NCBI GenBank assembly: GCA_965198005.1
Contig: CBDAOI010000004.1
Coordinates: 1,632,001-1,696,000, forward strand
Origin: Spirochaetia bacterium
GTDB lineage: Bacteria; Spirochaetota; Spirochaetia; SZUA-6; Bin103
Direction: 5' to 3'
Length of the DNA stretch: 64,000 bases
The notes beneath the pieces were generated by a model. The model was not told where the DNA came from. It was given only the letters and a program-made list of their open reading frames with translations, and ran no database searches. A program made the translations under genes and the position numbers. The stretch's first letter is position 1, and each line of letters starts with the position of its first letter. This document shows positions 29,856 through 39,789 of the stretch, in pieces.

Positions 29856-31409
29856 TCAGCCGTCCGCCACCTCGAACGCGGTCACGTTGCGCGTCTCGCG
29901 GCTGAACTCCACCCCGATCAGGTGGATCGGCTGTTTCAGGTGACGGTACTTGGCCGCGTAATCCCGGCTCTCGAGCTGCGCCAGCGCCGACCCCGGCGGC
30001 GCCATCTCCACGACCTTGAACTCGAACAGGTACACGTGCCCGCCGGTGCGCACCGCCATGTCCAGCCGACCGTGGCTGCTCGACTCCTCCACTGCGATCT
30101 CGTACCCCAGCGCCGCGAAGTAGGAGTAGACCACGCTTGCGTAGAAGCCCTCGTAATCGGCGATGGCGTTGTTCGTGTACCACTGGTACGGGATGCTCGC
30201 GAAAAAGGCGTGGAACAGCTCCTTCAGCCCCGCGCAGTCGTGCGCCTCCAGCAATCGCGCCAAACGCACGCTGTTGGCCGTCTGCCGCTCCGCGTCCTGC
30301 ACCAGTTGCCGCAGCAGCACCCGGTTCAGGCTCTGGCGCACCTCCCGGTTGGGATAGCCCAGCCGATACAGCGCCATGCCGCCCAGCTCCTCTTCCCCCG
30401 TAATCGTCAGGTAGCCGGTCTGGAACAGCAGCGCTTCGGTGCCGATGTGCTCTACGTCGAACTTCGACAGCAGATCCTCCGTGCTCACCGTCCGGTCCAG
30501 TGACACCGACGCGACCCGGCGCTCGAACAGCGTGTCCACCAGGAACGCCGGGGTCCCGGTCTCGAACCAGTGGGCGGCAAACTTGCGACGGCGCAGCAGC
30601 AGCAGCACGTCGTACGGGTTGTACACCCTCTCCGCGCCCAGCCAGCTATAGCCGTTGTACCACTCGCGCACCCGCTCCCGGTCCAGGCCTTCCAACTCCG
30701 GCGCGAACACCGTCTCCAGGTCGCCCTCCGTGTAGCCGCAGATCGACGAGTAAGCCGGATCCAGGGTGATGTCGGTGAGGTTGTTCAGGTCGGAAAACAA
30801 GCTCACCTTGGTGAACTTGCTCACCCCGGTCACGAACGTGAACCGCACGTGCGCGTCGCTCGCCTTGATCACCCCGTACAGGCCGCGCAGGTAGTCGCGG
30901 TTGGCACGGGCGATCTCCGGCGTCTCCAGCGCGTCCAGGATCGGCTTGTCGTACTCGTCCACCAGCACCGCCACCCGCTGCCCGCTCCGCTCGTGCAGCG
31001 ACCGGATCAGGTAGCCGAACCGTTCAGGCGGCGTGTCGTAGCGCGGACTCACCCCGGTGGCTACCTCCATGCCGTCCAACTGCGCCGCCAGGTTGATCCG
31101 GAGATAGCCCGGATCCTTGAAGCTCCCGCCGGCGAAGTCCAGCCGCACCACCGGGTGGCGCGCCGACCAGTTCCAGTCCCCGTGGTCGTGGACGTGGAGC
31201 CCCGTGAACAGCTCCTCGTTGCCCTCGAACAGCTCCTTCAGGGTGTCCAGAAGCAGACTCTTGCCGAACCGCCGCGGGCGCGACAGGAAATAGTGGGCGC
31301 CTTCATCGAGCAGCCGTTCGATGTAGGGCGTCTTGTCCACGTAATAACAGTCCTGTTCGCGCAGCTTGCGGAAGGTCTGCATGCCGATGGGCAGTCTGCG
31401 TCGGGCCAC
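29856..31409 (-). CDS. AAA-ATPase-like protein with C-terminal PD-(D/E)XK nuclease domain, copy 1
   Basis: LPIGMQTF, RPRRFGKS, LVDEYDKP, GRLDM..FEFK..QL..RDYA. Confidence 0.9.
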   Translation of the reverse strand: MARRRLPIGMQTFRKLREQDCYYVDKTPYIERLLDEGAHYFLSRPRRFGKSLLLDTLKELFEGNEELFTGLHVHDHGDWNWSARHPVVRLDFAGGSFKDPGYLRINLAAQLDGMEVATGVSPRYDTPPERFGYLIRSLHERSGQRVAVLVDEYDKPILDALETPEIARANRDYLRGLYGVIKASDAHVRFTFVTGVSKFTKVSLFSDLNNLTDITLDPAYSSICGYTEGDLETVFAPELEGLDRERVREWYNGYSWLGAERVYNPYDVLLLLRRRKFAAHWFETGTPAFLVDTLFERRVASVSLDRTVSTEDLLSKFDVEHIGTEALLFQTGYLTITGEEELGGMALYRLGYPNREVRQSLNRVLLRQLVQDAERQTANSVRLARLLEAHDCAGLKELFHAFFASIPYQWYTNNAIADYEGFYASVVYSYFAALGYEIAVEESSSHGRLDMAVRTGGHVYLFEFKVVEMAPPGSALAQLESRDYAAKYRHLKQPIHLIGVEFSRETRNVTAFEVADG

Positions 31410-31582
31410 GCCTCATCTTACCCCGTCGCCCGACGGATTCAAACACACCCTGTCGGCTTGTCGGCTCGGAGAGATGGACACGCACCGCACGCCTGACGAT
31501 ACCCCTGACCTGACCCTGCGTCGGAATGCGCCGGAAAAAGGTGCTTGACGCCTTGCTGTCTCCCGAGACGGCGAGCCCGCCC

Positions 31583-33136
31583 TCAGCCGTCCGCCACCTC
31601 GAACGCGGTCACGTTGCGCGTCTCGCGGCTGAACTCCACCCCGATCAGGTGGATCGGCTGTTTCAGGTGACGGTACTTGGCCGCGTAATCCCGGCTCCGG
31701 AGCTGCGCCAGCGCCGACCCCGGCGGCGCCATCTCCACGACCTTGAACTCGAACAGGTACACGTGCCCGCCGGTGCGCACCGCCATGTCCAGCCGACCGT
31801 GGCTGCTCGACTCCTCCACTGCGATCTCGTACCCCAGCGCCGCGAAGTAGGAGTAGACCACGCTTGCGTAGAAGCCCTCGTAATCGGCGATGGCGTTGTT
31901 CGTGTACCACTGGTACGGAATACTCGCGAAGAAGGCGTGGAACAGCTCCTTCAGCCCCGCGCAGTCGTGCGCCGCAAGCAGCCGTTGCAGGCGGATGCTG
32001 TTCGCGGTCTGCTGTTCGCTGTCCTCCACCAGATGCTGCAGTAGATACTCATTCAGGCTCTGCCGCACCTCGCGGTTGGGGTAGCCCAGCCGGTACAGCG
32101 CCTTGCCGCCCAGCTCCTCTTCCCCGGTGATCGTGAGGTAACCGGTCTGGAACAGCAGCGCCTCGGTGCCGATGTGCTCTACGTCGAACTTCGACAGCAG
32201 CGCCTCGGTGCTCACCGTCTGGTCCAGCGACACCGACGTGACCCGCCGCTGGAACAGCGTGTCCACCAGGAACGCCGGGGTCCCGGTCTCGAACCAGTGG
32301 GCGGCAAACTTGCGACGGCGCAGCAGCAGCAGCACGTCGTACGGGTTGTACACCCTCTCCGTACCCAGCCAGCTATAGCCGTTGTACCACTCGCGCACCC
32401 GCTCCCGGTCCAGGCCTTCCAACTCCGGCGCGAACACCGTCTCCAGGTCGCCCTCCGTGTAGCCGCAGATCGACGAGTAAGCCGGATCCAGGGTGATGTC
32501 GGTGAGGTTGTTCAGGTCGGAAAACAAGCTCACCTTGGTGAACTTGCTCACCCCGGTCACGAACGTGAACCGCACGTGCGCGTCGCTCGCCTTGATCACC
32601 CCGTACAGGCCGCGCAGGTAGTCGCGGTTGGCACGGGCGATCTCCGGCGTCTCCAGCGCGTCCAGGATCGGCTTGTCGTACTCGTCCACCAGCACCGCCA
32701 CCCGCTGCCCGCTCCGCTCGTGCAGCGACCGGATCAGGTAGCCGAACCGTTCAGGCGGCGTGTCGTAGCGCGGACTCACCCCGGTGGCTACCTCCATGCC
32801 GTCCAACTGCGCCGCCAGGTTGATCCGGAGATAGCCCGGGTCCTTGAAGCTCCCGCCGGCGAAGTCCAGCCGCACCACCGGGTGGCGCGCCGACCAGTTC
32901 CAGTCCCCGCGGTCGTGGACGTGGAGCCCCGTGAACAGCTCCTCGTTGCCTTCGAACAGCTCCTTCAGGGTGTCCAGAAGCAGACTCTTGCCGAACCGCC
33001 GCGGGCGCGACAGGAAGTAATGCTTGCCCTCGTCCAGCAACCGCGCGATGTAGGGCGTCTTGTCCACGTAATAACAGTCCTGTTCGCGCAACTCGCGGAA
33101 GGTCTGCATGCCGATGGGCAGTCTGCGTCGGGCCAC
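31583..33136 (-). CDS. AAA-ATPase-like protein with C-terminal PD-(D/E)XK nuclease domain, copy 2
   Basis: Same motifs; near-identical tandem duplicate at 1727-bp offset. Confidence 0.9.
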   Translation of the reverse strand: MARRRLPIGMQTFRELREQDCYYVDKTPYIARLLDEGKHYFLSRPRRFGKSLLLDTLKELFEGNEELFTGLHVHDRGDWNWSARHPVVRLDFAGGSFKDPGYLRINLAAQLDGMEVATGVSPRYDTPPERFGYLIRSLHERSGQRVAVLVDEYDKPILDALETPEIARANRDYLRGLYGVIKASDAHVRFTFVTGVSKFTKVSLFSDLNNLTDITLDPAYSSICGYTEGDLETVFAPELEGLDRERVREWYNGYSWLGTERVYNPYDVLLLLRRRKFAAHWFETGTPAFLVDTLFQRRVTSVSLDQTVSTEALLSKFDVEHIGTEALLFQTGYLTITGEEELGGKALYRLGYPNREVRQSLNEYLLQHLVEDSEQQTANSIRLQRLLAAHDCAGLKELFHAFFASIPYQWYTNNAIADYEGFYASVVYSYFAALGYEIAVEESSSHGRLDMAVRTGGHVYLFEFKVVEMAPPGSALAQLRSRDYAAKYRHLKQPIHLIGVEFSRETRNVTAFEVADG

Positions 33137-33344
33137 GCCTCATCTTACCCCGTCGCCCGACGGATTCAAACACGCGGCACCAGTATATACCCTGACCTTG
33201 ACTCGGCGTCCCCGGCTTGTGGACGCCTACGCGCCCGGTGCTGCCGCCGTTGCGTGCCGCGGTGCGTTCGGGGTAGCGCCGTCAGCCCTTCACGCCGCCC
33301 TGGGTAAGGCCCTGGGGTTGAGCGGCTTCGGAGCTCAAGCCCAA

Positions 33345-33660
33345 CGGCTGACGGTTCTCTCGTCGAATCGCTCGGTGGCGCGGGGTGCGCCGATCGAGGC
33401 GGTGGGGCATACGGACCTCCTGGTACGCAATGCGCGCGGCGAGCGGCAGCGCATCGTGCAGGCCGACCAGATACTGTTCCTGCATCCGGCGCGAGGTGGG
33501 CACGGGCGCGCTGCCGGAGGTGGTGCTGGAGGTGGACAACACCACCGACGTACGCCGCGGCAAGCTCGGCTCTCCGAGTCGTGGGGTTTTCCGGAGGTGT
33601 GGGCGGAGGTGCCGGACGAGCCCGCGCCGAGCCGGCCAGCGGCGCTTGGTCCCGGCAGCG
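33345..33660 (+). pseudogene. Uma2-like endonuclease remnant
   Basis: Frameshifted QADQ..LHP / PEVVLEVDNTTDVRRGKL / WGFPEVW. Confidence 0.55.
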
Positions 33661-33806
33661 GCGGCGTGAGCGCGGGGCCCTTGACGTGATACAGGGTTGA
33701 TAGGGGGCGCAGTTGTGCCTACAATAATGCTTCTGGCGCCGTGCTGGAGTTCATCGAAGCAAACGGAGAGTCCGTGTTATCAACTGCTCGAACCGGAACA
33801 GGTTGA

Positions 33807-34490
<684 letters not shown>

Positions 34491-34493
<3 letters not shown>

Positions 34494-34850
34494 CTCGGAC
34501 TCTACGAGTCGTGGGGCTTTCGGGAGGTGTGGGTGGAGGTGCCGGACGAGCCTGCGCCGAGCCGGCCGGCTGTGCTTGGTCCCGGTCTGACGATCTACGT
34601 GTCGGGGCGGGCGGGGCTGCGTCCGGCGCCGGCGAGCTGAATCGGGTGGGGCGTTTGCTGGGTGCTGCGGAGGGCACGGGGCCGGATAGCGATCCGTTCT
34701 TGCGGAGCCAGCGCCGCGAGAGCCACGCCGCGGGATGGGTAGGGGGGCATGCCGAAGGCCGGGCGGAGGCCCAGCGTGCGAGTGCGCTACAGGTGCTCGA
34801 GACCCGTGGCGTTGCCGTATCGGCTTCCCTGGCGGCGCGGTTGGCAGAGA
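34491..34850 (+). pseudogene. Second Uma2-like remnant
   Basis: KLGLYESWGFREVWVEVPD and RVGRLLG..GTGPDSDPFLR in broken frames. Confidence 0.55.
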
Positions 34851-34946
34851 TGGACACGCACCACACCTCTCACCTTGACCCTGCGTCGGAATGCGCCGGA
34901 AAAGGTGCTTGACGCCTTGCTGTCTCCCGAGACGGCGAGCCCGCCC

Positions 34947-35113
34947 TCAGCCGTCCGCCACGTCGAACGCCGTCACGTTGCGCGTCTCGCGGCTGAACAC
35001 TGGTACGGAATGCTCGCGAAGAAGGCGTGAAACAGCTCCTTCAGGCCCGCGCAGTCGTGCGCCTCCAGCTTGCGGAAGGTCTGCATGCCGATGGGCAGTC
35101 TGCGACGGGCCAC
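34947..35113 (-). pseudogene. Third AAA-ATPase copy, collapsed to 167 nt
   Basis: Start, a middle patch and the stop region of copies 1/2 are joined; upstream -10 and downstream flank retained. Confidence 0.9.
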
Positions 35114-35276
35114 ACCTCATCTTACCCCGTCGCCGGTCGAGTGGCCGCCGCCGGCGCAGCCTGATCGCGGGTGCTACGCCGGGCGTAAGCTTGTCGACGG
35201 GGTGTCGGAGTGTCGGGGTGCTGATCGATCTGCCGGGTGACTTCAAGAAACTTCGGCAGTTGGGCCGTTTCGTGGT

Positions 35277-35305
35277 TTGACTCCCACGGGAGCCGAGGTT
35301 ATTAT
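35277..35305 (+). promoter_or_regulatory. Sigma70 promoter TTGACT-N17-TATTAT for the SBP leader
   Basis: Consensus spacing; homologous to 19740-19768. Confidence 0.72.
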
Positions 35306-35311
35306 ATGGTG

Positions 35312-35495
35312 GGATGCAGTCAATCGTGACTACATCTGGGTATAGCTGTGCCTCACCTGCGGAGGGCTTGAGTGACTTATAACACGTCAACGCTTATGAC
35401 ACTCTGTTCCCCTGACAGCCGCTCGCCGAGAATTGCTGAAAATCAGCTCGCGGCGGGCTTGCTTAATGGTGAGGAGTCCCCCCCCACACACACAC
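35312..35495 (+). ncRNA. Candidate structured 5' leader domain (homolog at about 19545-19733, minus strand)
   Basis: CCTCACC(35351)/GGTGAGG(35468) closing helix, GAGTG/CACTC arm, GCTCGCCG/CGGCGGGC arm with GCTGA-AAA-TCAGC tip. Confidence 0.5.
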
Positions 35496-35779
35496 TTTTC
35501 GTACAACAGAGCAACCGAGAACAACTAACCGCTCCGGCTGATCGCTCCGTGCGCGTCCCCGCGCACGCCGTCGCCTTCACCACGACGCCTGCGCCCACGG
35601 CGGCAGCCAGCCGTGGCGCCGGCTCGTGCGATCGCCGACCGAGCCAGCGCAGCGACGTCGTCACCTTCACAGCCCGCCACCGCCCGGCGCCGGCCTTGCC
35701 GACCACTCGGACTCGCTGCCTCGCCGACCGACACAGGCGTGGGGTGCCACGCCTGTCCACGCATACAAGGAGGCACGGG

Positions 35780-35806
35780 ATGACACCCAAGACGGGATAC
35801 GACTAA
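35780..35806 (+). CDS. Putative leader peptide MTPKTGYD
   Basis: AAGGAGG SD; conserved with 19314-19340. Confidence 0.6.
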   Translation: MTPKTGYD

Positions 35807-35850
35807 CGCCCCAAGACCGCCGCGCGGGGCGGACACGGAACGACCGAGGG

Positions 35851-35905
35851 TGTCGCCCTTGCTTTCGAGAGTAGGCGAGGGGTCGGCAGTGGAATCGGTA
35901 CTCTC
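35851..35905 (+). promoter_or_regulatory. Conserved two-helix RNA element (copy 2)
   Basis: GAGAGTA/TACTCTC; TGTCG-CCCTTGCTT pairs with AGGCGAGGG-CGGCA. Confidence 0.7.
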
Positions 35906-35932
35906 AGAATCAACAATTCGAGGAGATTCTCA

Positions 35933-37717
35933 ATGAGTAATCTGTTCAAAACATGCGTCGCCGTAGTGTTCGGTCTCGTGCTGATCGCCATCGGCGTCGG
36001 GGCAAGCCCGGCCGGGGAAGAGGAGCCGGCCGCGGCGATGGAGAAGGAGATGGTGCTCGACCCCACCACCGGCAAGATGGTGTCGGCGCCGGAGTATGGC
36101 GGCACATTCACCTGGGGCGATGCCACCGGGGCTCCGCACTGTGACCCTCACATCCATGGCTGGGGGCCACGGGCCATCGACGGCGTTGCAGAGAGGCTAG
36201 GCATCAGGGACTGGGCAGCAGATAGGAACGAAATCAGCTTTTCAGACTCTTATACTCCTCTCCGTTTCGTGAGAGGGGCGCTGGCGGAAAGCTGGGAGAT
36301 GATCGACTCACTGACGTATGTCTACCACATCCGCAAGGGCGTTCGCTGGCACGACAAAGCGCCGATGAATGGTCGGGAGTTCACTGCCCAGGATGTCGTA
36401 TACAACTTTCACCGTTATACGGGTTCGGGCAGCGGCTTCACCGAACCTAGCGCCGCTGCTGGCACACTCGCTTCGATACCACTCGAATCGATAACCGCCA
36501 GCGACGATTCGACGGTTGTCTTCAAGCTGACGCAGCCAAAGGTAGACTTGCTGGATGTCCTTGCCATCGACTGGAGTGCCGCTATGTTACCCCCAGAGGT
36601 AATCGAGCAATACGGCGACCTGACGGACTGCGACAACATGGTCGGTACCGGGCCCTATATGCTGACAGAATGGGTCGATAACACGTCTATGACGTATTCC
36701 AAGAATCCTGACTACTGGGGCTTTGACGAAAAATATCCGGAGAACCGCTTGCCCTACATCGACCAGATAAACCGGCTAATCATGCCGGAAAAGGAAACAC
36801 AGCTGGCGGCGCTACGCTCGGGTAGGCTCGATTACATCGGTCAGTCCGGCGGGGGTCAGTTACAAGTGGCCCAGGTGGAGAACCTACAGCGGACCAACCC
36901 CGAAATCGTTTTATACCCGTGGGCCTTTCGGTCGGAGACCTCTGTTGCATTCAACCTGCGCCACCCGTCGCCCTTTCAAGACATCAGGGTTCGCAAGGCG
37001 ATGCAGATGGCCATTGATCTGGAGACCATCAACAATACTTACTTTCGTGGCTTTGCAATGACGAAACCCCAAGGAATCATAGGAGACGGTCTGAAGGGGT
37101 ACTACATCCCATTCGAAGAGTGGCCCGAAGAGACCAGGAAAGTCTTTGCGTATGACCCGGAAGGGGCCGAAGCGTTGCTTGATGAGGCTGGGTATCCGCG
37201 CGGTGCGGATGGCATTCGATTCAAGACCGTCCTGAACCCCGTGCCCTCGTGGGATGTGGGTTATCAAGAAATAGCCGCTGAATACTGGGCTGCGATTGGC
37301 GTTGACGTAGAGGTTAAGATAACTGAAGTCGCTCAACTGATGGCGCTGGTAACTGAAGGTACTTATGAAGGGATGGCCTATATGGATATCGGCAATGACG
37401 GCTCGATTCAATGGCTGATGAGTGTTCTTCAAATCGGAGCGCAATGGGGCCGCACAGGACATCAGGACCCGGTGATGGACGCCAAGGCAAAAGCCGCTAT
37501 GGCCGCTACCAGGCTCGAGGAGCAGCAGCGGCTGGTGGCGGAGGCAGATATGTACTCGATCCAGCAGCATTGGTTCATATGGGGTCCTAAAGTTCCCCAA
37601 TTTGAGGCGGTGCAGCCGTGGGTGATAGGTTTTAACGGTGAAATCTGGTATACTACACATGCGCCTTTCGAGCGCCTGTGGATCGATAGTGCGCTGAAGA
37701 GCGAAATGGGTTTCTGA
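35933..37717 (+). CDS. ABC transporter substrate-binding protein, family 5
   Basis: Signal peptide, EEEPAAAMEKEMV, PEYGG, LAESWE, VGTGPY. Confidence 0.93.
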   Translation: MSNLFKTCVAVVFGLVLIAIGVGASPAGEEEPAAAMEKEMVLDPTTGKMVSAPEYGGTFTWGDATGAPHCDPHIHGWGPRAIDGVAERLGIRDWAADRNEISFSDSYTPLRFVRGALAESWEMIDSLTYVYHIRKGVRWHDKAPMNGREFTAQDVVYNFHRYTGSGSGFTEPSAAAGTLASIPLESITASDDSTVVFKLTQPKVDLLDVLAIDWSAAMLPPEVIEQYGDLTDCDNMVGTGPYMLTEWVDNTSMTYSKNPDYWGFDEKYPENRLPYIDQINRLIMPEKETQLAALRSGRLDYIGQSGGGQLQVAQVENLQRTNPEIVLYPWAFRSETSVAFNLRHPSPFQDIRVRKAMQMAIDLETINNTYFRGFAMTKPQGIIGDGLKGYYIPFEEWPEETRKVFAYDPEGAEALLDEAGYPRGADGIRFKTVLNPVPSWDVGYQEIAAEYWAAIGVDVEVKITEVAQLMALVTEGTYEGMAYMDIGNDGSIQWLMSVLQIGAQWGRTGHQDPVMDAKAKAAMAATRLEEQQRLVAEADMYSIQQHWFIWGPKVPQFEAVQPWVIGFNGEIWYTTHAPFERLWIDSALKSEMGF

Positions 37718-37914
37718 GCATGTCGCCGTAGGCGACTTGCAGTGGACCCGCCTTCAGGCGGGGCACGAGCGGCTCCGCCGTTGGCTGAATCAATCGCCCG
37801 TTGGGCGATTGAAACGGGAGTCGCTGCGCGACTCCACGAGCACCGCGGGCGCCGGGAGGACGCTTCCGAGTGCGCTTCAGAGCGCGCTTCCCGGCGCTCA
37901 TTTACCACGAAGAT

Positions 37915-38868
37915 ATGAGAGCCTATGTCATCAGGCGCGTATTGCTGGTCATCCCCACTCTGTTCATATTGACCATAGTCGTCTTTCTCTCGGTCCACTT
38001 CCTCCCGGGCGATGTCATAGACGCCATGGTGGGTGACATGCAATACCAAATGGGCTTCGACCGTGCAGCTCTCGAGCGTATGCTGGGATTGGATGTGCCT
38101 GTCCCCGTGCAGTATGGACGCTGGATAGGAGGTATCTTCCTGCACGGCACACTTGGCGAATCGCTGTGGGGCGATAGCCCGGTAGAGGAGTTGCTACGAG
38201 ACGGGCTGCCGGTAACGCTGGGGCTTGGCTTCCTGGCTATCGTCATCGGGCTGGTGATCGCGCTGCCGGTCGGCATCTTCTCGGCGATCCGTCAGGGTAC
38301 CTTTACCGACTACGCGGGGCGCTCGGTCGCCATCATCGGCCTGGCAACGCCCAACTTCTGGATAGCAGTCATGGTCTTGCTGTATCCGGCCATCTGGTGG
38401 GGCTGGACGCCGCCCTTGCAGTGGGTTCCCTTCACCGAAGACCCGCTGGGGAATCTCGGGGTGCTGATCATTCCCAGTCTGATTCTGGGGACCTACCTGT
38501 CGGCCAGCACCATGCGGATGATCCGCACCACGATGCTGGAGGTGCTCCGGCAGGATTATGTGCGGACGGCCTGGTCGAAGGGGTTGCGGGAGCGGGCCGT
38601 GGTGATGCGACATGTCGTCAAGAATGCCCTCATCCCGGTGGTTTCGCTGGTCGGCCTGCAGTTGCCGATCCTGGTCGGCGGGTCGGTGATCATCGAGAAC
38701 ATATTCAACCTGCCGGGCGTAGGTCGGCTCATGGTAGATGCGCTGGGACGCAGAGACTACCCGGTGGTCTCCGGTGTGAACCTGATGTTCGCCACTGGGG
38801 TCATGGCGATCAATCTGGTTACCGACCTGATGTATCCCTATCTGGACCCCCGACTCCGTTATGAATGA
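37915..38868 (+). CDS. ABC permease (DppB-like)
   Basis: MRAYVIRR, DYVRTAWSKGL. Confidence 0.93.
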   Translation: MRAYVIRRVLLVIPTLFILTIVVFLSVHFLPGDVIDAMVGDMQYQMGFDRAALERMLGLDVPVPVQYGRWIGGIFLHGTLGESLWGDSPVEELLRDGLPVTLGLGFLAIVIGLVIALPVGIFSAIRQGTFTDYAGRSVAIIGLATPNFWIAVMVLLYPAIWWGWTPPLQWVPFTEDPLGNLGVLIIPSLILGTYLSASTMRMIRTTMLEVLRQDYVRTAWSKGLRERAVVMRHVVKNALIPVVSLVGLQLPILVGGSVIIENIFNLPGVGRLMVDALGRRDYPVVSGVNLMFATGVMAINLVTDLMYPYLDPRLRYE

Positions 38869-39733
38869 TAGGGGGCGCAGTTTCTTTGTCAGGCTGTGGC
38901 GGGAACGGCCGGTGGGTGCTGTCGGCGGCATCATCGTACTGATCTTGATTCTGGTCAGTATCTTGGCCGATTTCCTTGCGCCTTATCGCCCGCGGGAGGT
39001 GAACCTGCCAGACATCTTGCAAGGTCCGTCGGCCACTCATCTCCTGGGTGCCGACCACCTGGGGCGAGACGTCCTGAGCCGCCTCATTCACGGGGCGCGC
39101 ATCTCGATATTCGTCGGGTTTGCCGCGACCACCCTCAACGTTGTCGTGGCCGGGCTGATCGGCGGCACGTCGGGCTTCCTGGGCGGCAAGCTGGACCTGG
39201 TGGTGCAGCGCTTCGTCGATGCCTGGATGTCGTTCCCGGGACTACTGCTGCTGTTGACGGTCATGTCGATAACGGGGCGGGGGATTCTACAGCTCATCGT
39301 GGTGCTGGGCATCGTCGGCGGCATCCCCGCCTCACGCGTGGTGCGAGGGGCTGTGCTCGGGGTCAAGGAGAATACCTACTTTCAAGCCGCGGAGGTGATC
39401 GGCTGCTCGACAGGGAAGACGCTGGTTCGCCACGTGCTGCCCAACATCGCGGCTCCGATAATCGTCATCTTCAGCATCAACATCGGGGCGGTGATCATCA
39501 CCGAGGCGTCTCTGAGCTTCCTCGGTTTCGGTCTGCCGCTCCGGATTCCCAGTTGGGGCGGCATGCTCAGTCGGGAAGGGCGCCAGTACATGGAGATGGC
39601 GCCGCGGCTGGCTCTGTGGCCCGGCCTCTGCCTGACGATCGTCGTCTACAGTCTGAACATGTTCGGCGACGCGGTGCGCGACCTGCTCGACCCGCGGCTG
39701 CGCGGTGGTACCGGTCGTTACGGCGGCAGGTAA
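38861..39733 (+). CDS. ABC permease (DppC-like)
   Basis: LGADHLGRD, HVLPN, EASLSFLGFG, GDAVRDLLDP. Confidence 0.93.
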   Translation: MNDRGRSFFVRLWRERPVGAVGGIIVLILILVSILADFLAPYRPREVNLPDILQGPSATHLLGADHLGRDVLSRLIHGARISIFVGFAATTLNVVVAGLIGGTSGFLGGKLDLVVQRFVDAWMSFPGLLLLLTVMSITGRGILQLIVVLGIVGGIPASRVVRGAVLGVKENTYFQAAEVIGCSTGKTLVRHVLPNIAAPIIVIFSINIGAVIITEASLSFLGFGLPLRIPSWGGMLSREGRQYMEMAPRLALWPGLCLTIVVYSLNMFGDAVRDLLDPRLRGGTGRYGGR

Positions 39734-39789
39734 GGTGACAGGTAAGCTGACAGGTAAGCAGGAGGAGAGTTGCTCGATCGTGCGGAGGA

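Noticed and set aside
35372-35806. 144-aa ORF (and 19207-19665) sharing MTYNTSTLMTLCSPDSR
   Set aside because: Similarity follows the conserved non-coding leader; the frames diverge after the C-tract and no SD is evident
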